DNA of 64,000 bases from Candidatus Nanohaloarchaea archaeon (GCA_014297435.1 JACOQA010000002.1:96001-160000), one strand, 5' to 3'; numbered from the stretch's first letter, positions 1 through 10,089 are shown. The notes: generated from the letters alone by a model not told the origin. Translations and numbers: made by a program.

Positions 1-931
1 ATATTTCATCTGTGGCTATTACCCCTGGTCCGCCCGCATTAGTTATAATAGCGACTTTCCCGCCTTCAGGTAGAGGCTGGTAGTTGAAGCTTCTCCCCAA
101 GTCGAGTAATTCCCGGTTTGATTCCGCCTCAATAATACCTGCTTTCCGGAAAGCTGCTTTGTAGGCTTCATAGCTTCCGGCTATACTTCCTGTGTGTGAG
201 GATGCGGCACCGCCACCTTGCTCCGTTCTACCGGATTTAACCACCACTATAGGTTTCTCTTCAGACGTTTTCTTTGCTTCTTCGATAAATTCCCTGCCGT
301 TATCTATTCCTTCAGTGTAGGAAAGAATCGTTTCTGTATCGTCTTCCCGCCATTTTTGAAGCAGGTCGACCTCATTTATCATGGCTTTATTTCCTAGAGA
401 TACGAAGTGTCGGAAACCTATATGCTCGGCTTTAGCGTAATCAAGTATTGCCGTGCAGAAAGCTCCGCTCTGAGACATGAAGCTTATCGAACCACTTTCA
501 GGCATCTTTGACGCAAAACTGGCGTTCATCGAGTTCTCTGTATTGATTAAACCCAGGACATTAGGTCCAAGAAGTGCTATACCGTTTTCCTCGGCTTTTT
601 CCACTATCTGTTTTTCAAGATCTTCTTTCCCGGTTTCTGAGAACCCTGCGGAAATAACTATTACTGCTTCGACATCTTTCTCTGCGCAGTCGTCTATAAC
701 ATTAGGAACAATCTTTCCAGGAACCACTACAACTGCTAGATCCATGCCTTGCGGTATTTCGTCTAAAGCCTCTTCTCCATCAACTTCTTCCGCGTTCGGG
801 TTAACAGGTACTACCTTTCCTTCGAATCCGTGTAGAAGGTTTTCGAACACTTCGTGGCCCGTTTTTCCGTCGTCTCTTGACGCGCCGACTACCGCCACTT
901 TTTCTGGTTTGAACAGTTTTTCCAGATTCAC
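1..931 (-). CDS. acdA: Acetate-CoA ligase (ADP-forming) alpha subunit, 3' part outside window
   Basis: Not in ORF track; manual translation from GTG at 931 gives MNLEKLFKPEKVAVVGASRDDGKTGHEVFENL...VVPVNP, later LGPNVLG, SQSGA, SLGNKAM, KSGRTEQGGGAASSHTGSIAG, IITNAGGPGV. Confidence 0.9.
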   Translation of the reverse strand, partial: MNLEKLFKPEKVAVVGASRDDGKTGHEVFENLLHGFEGKVVPVNPNAEEVDGEEALDEIPQGMDLAVVVVPGKIVPNVIDDCAEKDVEAVIVISAGFSETGKEDLEKQIVEKAEENGIALLGPNVLGLINTENSMNASFASKMPESGSISFMSQSGAFCTAILDYAKAEHIGFRHFVSLGNKAMINEVDLLQKWREDDTETILSYTEGIDNGREFIEEAKKTSEEKPIVVVKSGRTEQGGGAASSHTGSIAGSYEAYKAAFRKAGIIEAESNRELLDLGRSFNYQPLPEGGKVAIITNAGGPGVIATDEI

Positions 932-1028
932 AAGTTTTAGTTGTCGAAAGCCGTTATTTAGGTTGTTGACTTCACCGAAAGGTCGCAAACAATTCTTTAT
1001 ATTCAGGGCGTGGCGAAACTCAAACATA

Positions 1029-2078
1029 ATGTCCAGAAAACAGGTTTATTCAGGCGAAGTCGAGCGTATCGAGGTAATGAACGCGGATGAAACCTCCGAT
1101 CTCGATGAAGAAGACCTAAAACAGCTCTACAAACAGATGGTTCTTGCCAGAAAGTTCGACGAGAAAGCGTTCTCACTCCAGAGAAGAGGAGAAATATCTA
1201 CCTACGCACCACATAAAGGGCAGGAAGCTGCACAGATCGGCGCCATGTTTGCTTTAAACGAGGATGACTGGATGGTTCCTTCTTTCAGGGAAACAGCAGC
1301 TTTTATCGCAAGAGGCGCACCCCTGGACAAGATTTTTCAGCGCTGGATGGGAGATGCAAATGGACAGAAAGATCTCAGCGATATGAATACTTTGCCTGTC
1401 GCCATACCTGTCGGAACACAGAATCTTCATACTGCAGGAATCGGTATGGCAATGAAAAACAAAGGAGACGAAAACGCAGTACTGGGATTTACAGGCGACG
1501 GAAGCACCTCTCAAGGAGACTTCCATGAATCATTAAACTTCTCAGGAGTCTACTCAGGACACGCAGTATTCTTCGTACAAAATAACCAGTACGCAATTTC
1601 TCTTCCAAGAGAAAAACAGACAAGATCAGAAACAATAGCACAGAAAGCACTCGCCTATGGAATAGACGGAATACAAGTCGATGGAAACGATATTTTAGCT
1701 GTAATCGAAGCCACAAAAGAAGCATTGGAGAAAGCAAGAAACGGCGAACCTGTATTAGTTGAGGCAGAGACCTATAGACTTGAAGATCATACAACCAGCG
1801 ATGACTCCACCCGTTACAGAGACGACGAAGAGGTAGAGGAATGGAAAGAGAAGGATCCTTTGAAGAGATTCCGTGAATATCTGAAAGAAAACGATATCTG
1901 GACTGAAGAACTCGAGAAATACGGAGAAGAAGCCGAAGAGAAAGTCAACGAAGCAGCGAACAAGGCGATTGAAGCCGAAGAACCCGAGTTCGACGAGCTG
2001 TTCGACTACGTCTACGACGAGATGCCTGAGACCTTAAAGAAAGAAAAACAGGCACTAAAGGAGGAGATTAATCAATGA
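1029..2078 (+). CDS. pdhA: Pyruvate dehydrogenase E1 alpha subunit
   Basis: GQEAAQ, TPP-binding GDG...NN motif, YRLEDHTTSDD; true start MSRKQ at 1029 (477-1028 is antisense to acdA). Confidence 0.93.
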   Translation: MSRKQVYSGEVERIEVMNADETSDLDEEDLKQLYKQMVLARKFDEKAFSLQRRGEISTYAPHKGQEAAQIGAMFALNEDDWMVPSFRETAAFIARGAPLDKIFQRWMGDANGQKDLSDMNTLPVAIPVGTQNLHTAGIGMAMKNKGDENAVLGFTGDGSTSQGDFHESLNFSGVYSGHAVFFVQNNQYAISLPREKQTRSETIAQKALAYGIDGIQVDGNDILAVIEATKEALEKARNGEPVLVEAETYRLEDHTTSDDSTRYRDDEEVEEWKEKDPLKRFREYLKENDIWTEELEKYGEEAEEKVNEAANKAIEAEEPEFDELFDYVYDEMPETLKKEKQALKEEINQ

Positions 2079-2374
2079 ACTTAGAAAAAATTAGAACCAA
2101 AGAGTTCCTAAAACCAAGCAAAATCGATTTTCTTATATCGGCAGTCGTGCTTATAATTCTAACAGCAAGCTACACGACCTTTGACCCCACTTATGAGATA
2201 GGTTCTAAAATTAATTTTCTTGGTCATGAGCTATTCGTAGGGATATGTCCTGTCGGAAATTCATGCTCCGGAGGTTACAGCCTACAATCTGTGCTAATAC
2301 TTTCTACCAGCATAATTCTATCCTATCTAATCACCAAAACAGCATTAGCCGGATACAACAGAGGTAGAAAATAA
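2075..2374 (+). CDS. Small hypothetical membrane protein (2 TM) inside the pdh operon
   Basis: 99 aa, two hydrophobic stretches, overlaps pdhA stop (ATGA) and pdhB start (TAATG). Confidence 0.7.
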   Translation: MNLEKIRTKEFLKPSKIDFLISAVVLIILTASYTTFDPTYEIGSKINFLGHELFVGICPVGNSCSGGYSLQSVLILSTSIILSYLITKTALAGYNRGRK

Positions 2375-3342
2375 TGGGCGAAAAGATGAATATTGTCGAA
2401 GCTGTAAACGCAGCACTCGAAGACGAAATGGAAGAAGATGAAGACGTGATCGCTTATGGCGAAGACGTCGGGAAAGACGGCGGAGTCTTCAGAGCCACAA
2501 AAGGTTTACAGGAAGAGTTTGGAGAGGACAGATGTTTCTCTTCGCCTCTCGCAGAGTCAGGCATAGCCGGAACCGCGATAGGCATGAGTCTATACGGCTT
2601 CAGACCTGTCGTTGAGATGCAGTTCTCCGGTTTCTCCTACCTAGCATTCTACCAGATCAAAGAACACGCAGCAAGATTCAGGATAAGAAGTAGAGGCGAT
2701 TATAACGTACCTCTTACGGTTAGGGCGCCTTACGGAGGTGGTATTAACGCATTAGAGCACCACCAGGAAAGCCCGGAAGCCTTCTTCGCACATTCACAAG
2801 GACTACATGTCGTAATTCCAAGCACGCCTCAGGACACATACTCCCTGCTAAGAAAATCCATTCAAATGGATGACCCGGTTGTTTTCTTAGAGCCTAAGAA
2901 GACTTACAGAGCGTTTAAAGAAGAAGTTGACAGGGAGAAAGAAGTTGAACTGGAAGAATCAAGAATTGTCCAAGAAGGAGACGATGTTACTTTGATCGCT
3001 TGGGGAGCCATGGTTCCTGTAGCAGAAGATGCAGCAGATGAAATTGATGCTTCTGTCGAGATCGTGGATCCGAGAACTATCTATCCTACGGACTTCGATA
3101 CCATTATTGAGTCTGTTAAGAAGACAGGTCGGGCGATGGTTCTACATGAAGCGCCTAAATCAGCAGGTTTCGGCGCCGAGATAAGCTCACGAATACAGGA
3201 AAACGCTATATTGAATATGGAAGCTCCTGTAAAGCGTGTTACCGCGCCCGACGTACCTTACCCTCTCTACACCTTAGAAGATTTCTACATGCCTAACAAA
3301 AAGCGAGCAGTAACCGGTTTAAAAGAAGTTCTGGAGTTCTAA
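2374..3342 (+). CDS. pdhB: Pyruvate dehydrogenase E1 beta subunit
   Basis: GEDVGKDGGVFRAT, PLAESGI, EMQFSGF, PVVFLEPK. Confidence 0.95.
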   Translation: MGEKMNIVEAVNAALEDEMEEDEDVIAYGEDVGKDGGVFRATKGLQEEFGEDRCFSSPLAESGIAGTAIGMSLYGFRPVVEMQFSGFSYLAFYQIKEHAARFRIRSRGDYNVPLTVRAPYGGGINALEHHQESPEAFFAHSQGLHVVIPSTPQDTYSLLRKSIQMDDPVVFLEPKKTYRAFKEEVDREKEVELEESRIVQEGDDVTLIAWGAMVPVAEDAADEIDASVEIVDPRTIYPTDFDTIIESVKKTGRAMVLHEAPKSAGFGAEISSRIQENAILNMEAPVKRVTAPDVPYPLYTLEDFYMPNKKRAVTGLKEVLEF

Positions 3343-4704
3343 ATGAGCCTCGAGTTTGAATTTCCGGATACAGGAGAAGGCGTGACAGAAGGAAAGTTCC
3401 TGGAATGGTTGGTCGATGAAGAAGAAACTGTAGAGGAAGATCAAACTGTTGCAGAGGTTGAAACTGATAAAGCTGTTGTAGACGTTCCTGCGCCCGTAGA
3501 TGGAGAAGTAGAAGAGTTAAAGGTGAGTCCTGGCGATAAAGTGGGAGTCGGCGAAGTCATAATGATAATCGAACCCGCAGATTACGAAGAAACCGAAGAG
3601 AAAGAAGATGGCGAGGAAGAAGAAAGCACTGAAGAAGTTCAGGAAGTCAGCCATACCAGCTCAGATTCTGGCATAATGGCGCTTCCGAAGGTCAGAAAGC
3701 TGGCTGAAGAGAAAGGAGTCGATCTAGATTCTATTAAAAAAGGGGAGAGAATTACAGAGGAAGATGTTCTGGAAGCCGCTCAAGATTCGACAAGTAAGGA
3801 AACGCAAAGCGACAAATCCGAGACCGGATCAGATTCGTCTCCTGCTGGTGTGCAGGCAACTCCTTCCGTGAGAAAACTGGCAAGAGAAAAAGAAATCGAT
3901 ATAGACAAAGTTGAAGGATCTGGTAGAGGTGGAAAGGTTACAAGAGAAGACCTACTCAATCATGAAGAAAGCTCAGATAGTAAAAAGAAGAAAAGAAAGG
4001 TCGAAGAAGGAGAGGGCGACGTTAGGGAAGAGCTTTCAGGAACCCGAAAGATGATTGCTGAAAGGATGGAGGAGTCGAAGTTCTCCGCACCTCACGTGAC
4101 GCACGTCGATACTGCCGATGTTACAGACTTAGTTAATTTGAGGGAGCGGGTTCGGGAAGATGTAGATGTTCACCTGACCTACATGCCCTTTATTCTGAAA
4201 GCCGCACAGAAAGCTCTCGAAGAGTACCCTGAGTTAAATGCGGAGCTTGATGAGGAGGAAGATGAGCTAGTTTTAAAGAAGAACTTCGATTTCAACATGG
4301 CAGTCGATACGGAACGAGGATTAATGATTCCGTTACTGGAAGATGTTGACGAGAAAAGCGTACTCGAGCTTGCAGAGTCCGTAGGAGATATGGCGGCAGA
4401 GGCAAAGAAAGGAGATCTTTCGCCTGAAGAAATGGAGAACGGGACTTTCTCCGTAACCAATTTAGGGGTTATCGGCGGGGAAGAGTTCACTCCTATAATT
4501 AATTATCCGCAGACCGCTATACTCGGCGTTGGGAAGATACAGGAAACTGCCGAGGTAGTTGATGGAGAAGTAGTTCCAAGAAGCACTGTAAAGCTCTCAG
4601 TTAGTTACGATCACCGGGTTGTCGATGGCGCGACAGCTGCACGTTTCACAAACAAGGTAATCGAAAAACTAGAGAATCCGGAAAAAATGCTACTGGAGGA
4701 GTAA
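3343..4704 (+). CDS. pdhC: Dihydrolipoamide acetyltransferase E2
   Basis: Lipoyl motif VETDKA, two E3-binding repeats (PKVRKLA, PSVRKLA), catalytic DHRVVDG. Confidence 0.95.
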   Translation: MSLEFEFPDTGEGVTEGKFLEWLVDEEETVEEDQTVAEVETDKAVVDVPAPVDGEVEELKVSPGDKVGVGEVIMIIEPADYEETEEKEDGEEEESTEEVQEVSHTSSDSGIMALPKVRKLAEEKGVDLDSIKKGERITEEDVLEAAQDSTSKETQSDKSETGSDSSPAGVQATPSVRKLAREKEIDIDKVEGSGRGGKVTREDLLNHEESSDSKKKKRKVEEGEGDVREELSGTRKMIAERMEESKFSAPHVTHVDTADVTDLVNLRERVREDVDVHLTYMPFILKAAQKALEEYPELNAELDEEEDELVLKKNFDFNMAVDTERGLMIPLLEDVDEKSVLELAESVGDMAAEAKKGDLSPEEMENGTFSVTNLGVIGGEEFTPIINYPQTAILGVGKIQETAEVVDGEVVPRSTVKLSVSYDHRVVDGATAARFTNKVIEKLENPEKMLLEE

Positions 4705-4707
4705 AAA

Positions 4708-6117
4708 ATGGTTGTAGGAGACATAGAACAAGGCTGCGATCTTCTCGTAATAGGCGCGGGACCTGGAGGATATACAGCAGCTATAAGAGCAGCTCAAGAA
4801 GGGCAAGAAGTCGTTGTAGTCGATAAAGAAGAGTTAGGCGGCATCTGTCTTAACCACGGATGTATTCCGGCAAAAGCACTTATCCATTCCGCAGGATTCC
4901 AGTCAAGCATCAAGCACTGGAACAGCATTGGAATTCATACGAACGATCTTGAAGTCGACTTCGAAGAGATACAGGAGTGGAAAAACACCGTTGTTGAAAG
5001 ACTTGATTCCGGTATTGAACAGCTCTTCAATAAACACGGAATCGAGTTCAAGAAAGGCGAAGCATTCTTCCAAGACTCAAACACTGTAAGAATTGAAATG
5101 GAACATAATGCAGAGACCATAAAGTTCGATAAAGCTGTAATCGCAACAGGCTCTCAACCTATCGAACTTCCTGGCTTCGAGTTCGAAAAAGACCGAGTTA
5201 TCTCCTCAAGAGAGCTACTGGAGCTCGAAGAAGTGCCTGATGAGATAGTTGTTATAGGTGGCGGTTATATCGGTATGGAGGCAGTCACAAAATTCTGCAA
5301 GTTCGGCGCAACAGTAAAAGTAGTCGAGGCAAGAGAAAAAGTTCTGCCGGTCTTCGACAGAGAGCTCGTAGACGAAATACAGGAAGTCTCCGGGTGTTAC
5401 AACGATGAAATCTATACTAACGCAAAGGCAAAAGAGCTGAAGTATGAGGACGGCAAACCTGTTGTAGTAGCCGATCAAGACGGAGAAGATTTGGAAGTTT
5501 CAGGCAATTATGTTCTTGTTGCTGTCGGCAGAACTCCCGAACCGGGACTAAACTCCCTGAACCTAGAGAACACAGAAATCGAAATTAATGATAACGGCTT
5601 TGTTGAAGTCGACAAACAGATGAGAACCTCAGACCAAGATATATTCGCTGTCGGCGATATTGCCGGTCAACCGCTTTTAGCGCATAAAGCGTACAGAGAG
5701 GGCAAAGTTGCAGGAGATGCGGCATCTGGAAAGCCAGCGGCATTTGACAATAACTACATACCGAAAGTGGTCTACACCGATCCAGAACTGGCATCAGCCG
5801 GTCTAAATCCTGAAGAAGCAAGGGAAAAACATGGAAAAATTAAGGTCGGTCGATTTGACTTCTCCAACTCAGGAAGATCTCTAACCACACACCAGGAAGA
5901 CGGTTTTTGCCGGGTTGTGGCATCCGAGGAAGGAAAGATTCTAGGCGCCCAGATAGTAGGTCCTCGTGCCTCAGATATGATTGCAGAGGCAACCTTAGCG
6001 CTTGAAATGGGTGCATACGTCGATGACGTTGCGAACACGATCCATGCACACCCAACTTTCCCAGAAGTTTTCCAAGAGGCGTGTGAAGACGTAGATAATA
6101 GAAGTGTACACACCTAA
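4708..6117 (+). CDS. lpdA: Dihydrolipoamide dehydrogenase E3
   Basis: GAGPGG, CLNHGCIP, HAHPTFPE. Confidence 0.95.
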   Translation: MVVGDIEQGCDLLVIGAGPGGYTAAIRAAQEGQEVVVVDKEELGGICLNHGCIPAKALIHSAGFQSSIKHWNSIGIHTNDLEVDFEEIQEWKNTVVERLDSGIEQLFNKHGIEFKKGEAFFQDSNTVRIEMEHNAETIKFDKAVIATGSQPIELPGFEFEKDRVISSRELLELEEVPDEIVVIGGGYIGMEAVTKFCKFGATVKVVEAREKVLPVFDRELVDEIQEVSGCYNDEIYTNAKAKELKYEDGKPVVVADQDGEDLEVSGNYVLVAVGRTPEPGLNSLNLENTEIEINDNGFVEVDKQMRTSDQDIFAVGDIAGQPLLAHKAYREGKVAGDAASGKPAAFDNNYIPKVVYTDPELASAGLNPEEAREKHGKIKVGRFDFSNSGRSLTTHQEDGFCRVVASEEGKILGAQIVGPRASDMIAEATLALEMGAYVDDVANTIHAHPTFPEVFQEACEDVDNRSVHT

Positions 6118-6154
6118 CCATTTTTAATCAATCTTACACACCAAAGATTAAGGT

Positions 6155-6455
6155 ATGGACTGGCACACGAAACCTGTCAAAGACGTATTCTCGAAGCTGG
6201 AGACCTCAGAAGACGTTCTGGATCAGAGGAAGCAGATTGAAGACATGAGGAAAACGGAGAGAATGTAATCAGAAGCGAACAGGATATTCTCCACTGAAAA
6301 TACTTTTAAGCCAGTTTCAAGATGCCCTAATCTATATACTTATACTTGCAGCCCTCCTGTCTCTGGCAGTTGGCTTTCTTCCCGGTCACGAACCAGAATA
6401 TGTTGACGCTGCGTTAATACTACTTATACTTGCTGCAAACGGAACATTCGGATAA
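6155..6455 (+). pseudogene. Frameshifted N-terminal remnant of a cation-transporting P-type ATPase
   Basis: Across frames: MDWHTKPVKDVFSKLETSE / GENVIRSE / SPLKILLSQFQDALIYILILAALLSLAVG...YVDAALILLILAANGTFG then stop. Confidence 0.75.
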
Positions 6456-6465
6456 AGGTGAAAAA

Positions 6466-6738
6466 ATGAAGATAATTAACAAGGATGGCGAAAAAGAAGA
6501 GTTCTAGGACGACAAACTGTTCAACTCCGTCTATTATCCAGGACTTGAAGCAGAGCTAAGCGACGAAGAAGTAACTGATATAGCTGAAAAAGTTGTCTGG
6601 GAGGTCAAAGCTTGGATGTCTGAGCACGAGGACAAGATATTTTCGTCAAGCGAGATTGAAGAACGAACAAGAAAAATCCTGGACAGGGAAAACGAGGATG
6701 TCGAACTTCTCTACCGGACTCACCTAGACGTTAACTAA
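6466..6738 (+). pseudogene. ATP-cone domain protein interrupted by in-frame TAG at 6505-6507
   Basis: GGTGA RBS then MKIINKDGEKEEF*DDKLFNSVYY...SSSEIEERTRKILDRENEDVELLY. Confidence 0.7.
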
Positions 6739-6771
6739 CCTATTTAAGCCCCGAGCACTCGACGTAAACAT

Positions 6772-7566
6772 ATGACCGAGTGCGAATTCTGCGGAGAAGA
6801 CTTCGATTCAGAACTCAAGCTTCAAGCCCACTGGCGTGAGCACGAAGATGAGCTAAACTCCCACCAAGAAGAGAAAGTAAAGAAAGCGGAAAGAAAACTT
6901 GAGGAGAAAAAACAGCAAAAGAATGCCGAGAGAAAAAGAATGCTTGGATACTTCACCGCAGGAGGAGCCGCACTTGCACTTGTAATCGCTGTAGGACTTC
7001 AGTTGATGAGCAGTCCTGCAGGTAAACAGGCTGACGGTTTGAACCTTGAAGGAGAGCCTATGATGGGCAGCCCTGATGCTAACGTTACTGTCGTGGAGTT
7101 CGGCGACTTTCAGTGCCCTGCATGCAGAAGCTTCGAGGCACAGAGCTTCTCAAGAATAAAACAGGAATATATTGATACCGGCAAGGTCAAGTTCTACTGG
7201 AAGGACTACCCTCTTACACAGATCCATCCCTGGGCTCAATCCGGAGCAGAAGCCATGGAATGCGTCAACAGACAGAACCAAACAGCCTTCTGGGACGTAA
7301 AAGACACATTATTCAGAAACCAGGGCACACTTAGCCAGAGTAACGCACATTCACAGATAACCGACTGGGCCGTAGAGGAAGGGGTAAATCGTTCGGATAT
7401 GAACGCTTGTTTGAATAACGGAGAAGCCTTGAGCGAGGTAAACCAGGACATCAGCGATGGACAGAGCAATAGCGTTACTTCGACACCTACAGTGTTCGTG
7501 AACGGCAAATCCGTCAGAAACAGCTACTCAAGCATTAAAGCAGCAATCGAACAACAGCTAAGATGA
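6772..7566 (+). CDS. DsbA-family thioredoxin-fold protein with N-terminal C2H2-like zinc finger and TM anchor
   Basis: EFGDFQCPAC, TPTVFVNG; N-terminal CEFC...H...H. Confidence 0.88.
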   Translation: MTECEFCGEDFDSELKLQAHWREHEDELNSHQEEKVKKAERKLEEKKQQKNAERKRMLGYFTAGGAALALVIAVGLQLMSSPAGKQADGLNLEGEPMMGSPDANVTVVEFGDFQCPACRSFEAQSFSRIKQEYIDTGKVKFYWKDYPLTQIHPWAQSGAEAMECVNRQNQTAFWDVKDTLFRNQGTLSQSNAHSQITDWAVEEGVNRSDMNACLNNGEALSEVNQDISDGQSNSVTSTPTVFVNGKSVRNSYSSIKAAIEQQLR

Positions 7567-8222
7567 AAAACGAAGACATCCTAGAACAGTACGAAGAGAA
7601 GAAGCAAGAGATAGATTCACGCCTAAATGAGTTTGAGTCACTCCGGAAAGCTGAGGACAGAAGGGTGTTCAAGGAATTAGTCTTCGTAATCCTCACTTCT
7701 CAAACCTCTGCAGAAAAAGCCTGGAAATCTACGGAGAAACTTGATGATCTCCAGCTTCTTGAAAGAGGCGATAAATCCGAGATTGCTGAAGTTCTATCCC
7801 GTTACGAGGTACAGTACGAGAAGAACAAAGCCTCGTATGTCGTGGAAAATCGTGAGATGCTTTCACAGCCCACGCTTCAGGATCCTACTAAGAGCCTCAA
7901 ACTGAGAAACAAGATTGATGAAGACGATTTAGATAAAACGAGGAAGTGGTTTGCAGAAAATATTAAGGGTATGAGTTGGAAAGGCGCCTCACATTTTCTC
8001 AGAAACATCGGTTACGGAGATGACTTTGCAATAATATCAGCTTACATTTCGAAAAGTCTATACTCTCTGGGTAGAAAAGAAGATGCTGAACCTCCAAAAG
8101 ACCGTGAAGAGTACATGGAGGACGAGGAACTGATGCATGATATTGCGGAGGAGACTGGTATAGATATTCAGGCGCTTGATCTTGTTCTATGGTCGATGGA
8201 AAACGGCGAGGTCTTCAAGTAG
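7563..8222 (+). CDS. Archaeal 8-oxoguanine DNA glycosylase (Ogg2)-like protein
   Basis: FKELVFVILT, KGASHFLRNIG, LDLVLW, C-terminal GEVFK. Confidence 0.8.
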   Translation: MKNEDILEQYEEKKQEIDSRLNEFESLRKAEDRRVFKELVFVILTSQTSAEKAWKSTEKLDDLQLLERGDKSEIAEVLSRYEVQYEKNKASYVVENREMLSQPTLQDPTKSLKLRNKIDEDDLDKTRKWFAENIKGMSWKGASHFLRNIGYGDDFAIISAYISKSLYSLGRKEDAEPPKDREEYMEDEELMHDIAEETGIDIQALDLVLWSMENGEVFK

Positions 8223-8535
8223 AGCAAAGTTTGTATCCATCATCGCCATAATAACAAACAGCTCCAGTAAACGATGCTGCTTCTGCCGCATCCTTCAAAA
8301 TATCCGGATCTGTTTCCAGACAGGAATTAATCTCTCCAAAAGTGAGTGATTTCTTATTCTCCACAAGCTCTAAAACCGAGACAAGCGCCTCCCTGTGCTC
8401 TTCAGGCACATTTTCGTAAATACCTTCATGAAAATAGGACTTATCCGGAATCTCTTCCATATCTCTCAAGTCCCTCCATACGAAGTTGTAAGCATCTGGC
8501 ACATGGGGATTTTCACCGTCAAGCGGAAGACTCAC
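8215..8535 (-). CDS. Hypothetical protein
   Basis: 106 aa acidic ORF. Confidence 0.55.
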   Translation of the reverse strand: MSLPLDGENPHVPDAYNFVWRDLRDMEEIPDKSYFHEGIYENVPEEHREALVSVLELVENKKSLTFGEINSCLETDPDILKDAAEAASFTGAVCYYGDDGYKLCST

Positions 8536-8587
8536 ATAAAAGCGTTATACGCCGACGAATAAAAAGAAAATGAATACAATACTGCGA

Positions 8588-8884
8588 TTAAACGATTCTG
8601 TAGAGCTCCTCTCCACTCTCGTAATCCACAGTTATAGCAAGATCTATATTACCTACTTCACTTCTTTCCTCAATACTTTCAATTGCATTATCGACATAGC
8701 TCTGAACTTCATCGGCTCCAAAATCCGCCGGTCTTACAAGACCGTTCTCACCGTATTCAAGCTCTATCCGTATATCTTCAGATTTTAAAGGGATCTCTCT
8801 TCTTTTCAAAAGATTTTCAATCTCAGAGACATAATCAAAGTCTCTATCAAGCGTTTCAACGTGCTCCATCTCCGCTGCTGACAT
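8588..8884 (-). CDS. Hypothetical protein
   Basis: 98 aa acidic ORF. Confidence 0.6.
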   Translation of the reverse strand: MSAAEMEHVETLDRDFDYVSEIENLLKRREIPLKSEDIRIELEYGENGLVRPADFGADEVQSYVDNAIESIEERSEVGNIDLAITVDYESGEELYRIV

Positions 8885-8911
8885 ACCAAGTTTAGCTAAG
8901 TTGAAAAAGAA

Positions 8912-10057
8912 TTAAAAGTCGGCAGGGAATACTGTCCAGCGAACCACAACGTAGACAACAAACATCAGTATGAGCAATGCTGAACCCCATAAAGTAAGCG
9001 TTCTGTCCTCCATGGCTTCAAACCTTTCAGCCAAGCCTGTCATGCCCGCTGCCTTGGCGGGTCTAGATAGCACATTACCAATCCTGTTCTTGTTCAGTAA
9101 GTATACAAGCAGGACTGCAGCAGTAATAGTTTCCATAGGGAGATCCCACAATACCAGAGGTCTAGGAACCGCATACGTCGAAATATAGGCTCCGGCTCCA
9201 ATAGCCAATAATGGGTTGAGTATATTCGAGCCGATAAGTGTTCCGAGCGAAATACCTTCAGCTCCCTGTCTAAGCCCCTGTATGGCAGTAGTCATCTCAG
9301 GTAAGGCCGATACCACTCCTCCGATTATAACTCCTATCATAGATCCGCTTAGCCCTGTTGCAGCTATACCTATCTCTACCACTCGGAGGAAGATATCTGC
9401 TGAACCAATAACAACCCCCATCAAAAGGAAGCCTATGATCAAGTCGAGGTATGGCTTCTGGCTAGGTTCTCCATCGCCCTGTCTCTCAAGTTTCTCCGTT
9501 CTTTTGGTGTATTGATAGTACATATAGCCTGCGAAAAAGCTCAGGAGTATTCCTCCATCTATACGCGAAAGTGTGCCATCCCACGCCAGTATAAGTGTTA
9601 GAAGTGTGGTTCCCATCATCGGGGCGTAATCTCTTAGCAGGAACTTTTTCGAGAATCTGAATTCCTTGTTGCCTTTCATCCATGCCGCTGTCAGTATAAC
9701 TAGACCTAAAACAAGCGTCTGCTGTATAACATCCGAACCAATATTGTTTCCAAGTACATAAGATGATATGTCGCAGTAAGTGTTGGCTGCAGAAGTACAG
9801 TTAATCGAGGTGATTCCTGATTCAAGCCAACCAAACTCTGTTACAATCCTGAGAGAGCCTACCACATGCTGTACAAGCTCAGGTAGACTGGTTCCAAGAG
9901 AAACGATTGAAACTGCAATCACTGACTCCGAAACCCCAAAAGCTTTCGCAACACCCTGCATTTTTTCAACTACTTTATCGGCGCCGAATACTAGAAATAT
10001 GATCGATAGGAATCCGATCACGGCGTTTGCTGCGAATCCGGTAAAACCTAAAACCAT
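8912..10057 (-). CDS. Na+/Ca2+ antiporter (CaCA family)
   Basis: Alpha repeats GTSLPE/GNNIGSD and SALPE/GTLIGSN; many TM segments. Confidence 0.9.
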   Translation of the reverse strand: MVLGFTGFAANAVIGFLSIIFLVFGADKVVEKMQGVAKAFGVSESVIAVSIVSLGTSLPELVQHVVGSLRIVTEFGWLESGITSINCTSAANTYCDISSYVLGNNIGSDVIQQTLVLGLVILTAAWMKGNKEFRFSKKFLLRDYAPMMGTTLLTLILAWDGTLSRIDGGILLSFFAGYMYYQYTKRTEKLERQGDGEPSQKPYLDLIIGFLLMGVVIGSADIFLRVVEIGIAATGLSGSMIGVIIGGVVSALPEMTTAIQGLRQGAEGISLGTLIGSNILNPLLAIGAGAYISTYAVPRPLVLWDLPMETITAAVLLVYLLNKNRIGNVLSRPAKAAGMTGLAERFEAMEDRTLTLWGSALLILMFVVYVVVRWTVFPADF

Positions 10058-10089
10058 GTAGTAGAGTGTAACCTGATGGTTTAAATCCT

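Noticed and set aside
477-1028. Long N-terminal extension of PdhA in the ORF track
   Set aside because: It is the antisense shadow of acdA; the real start is 1029
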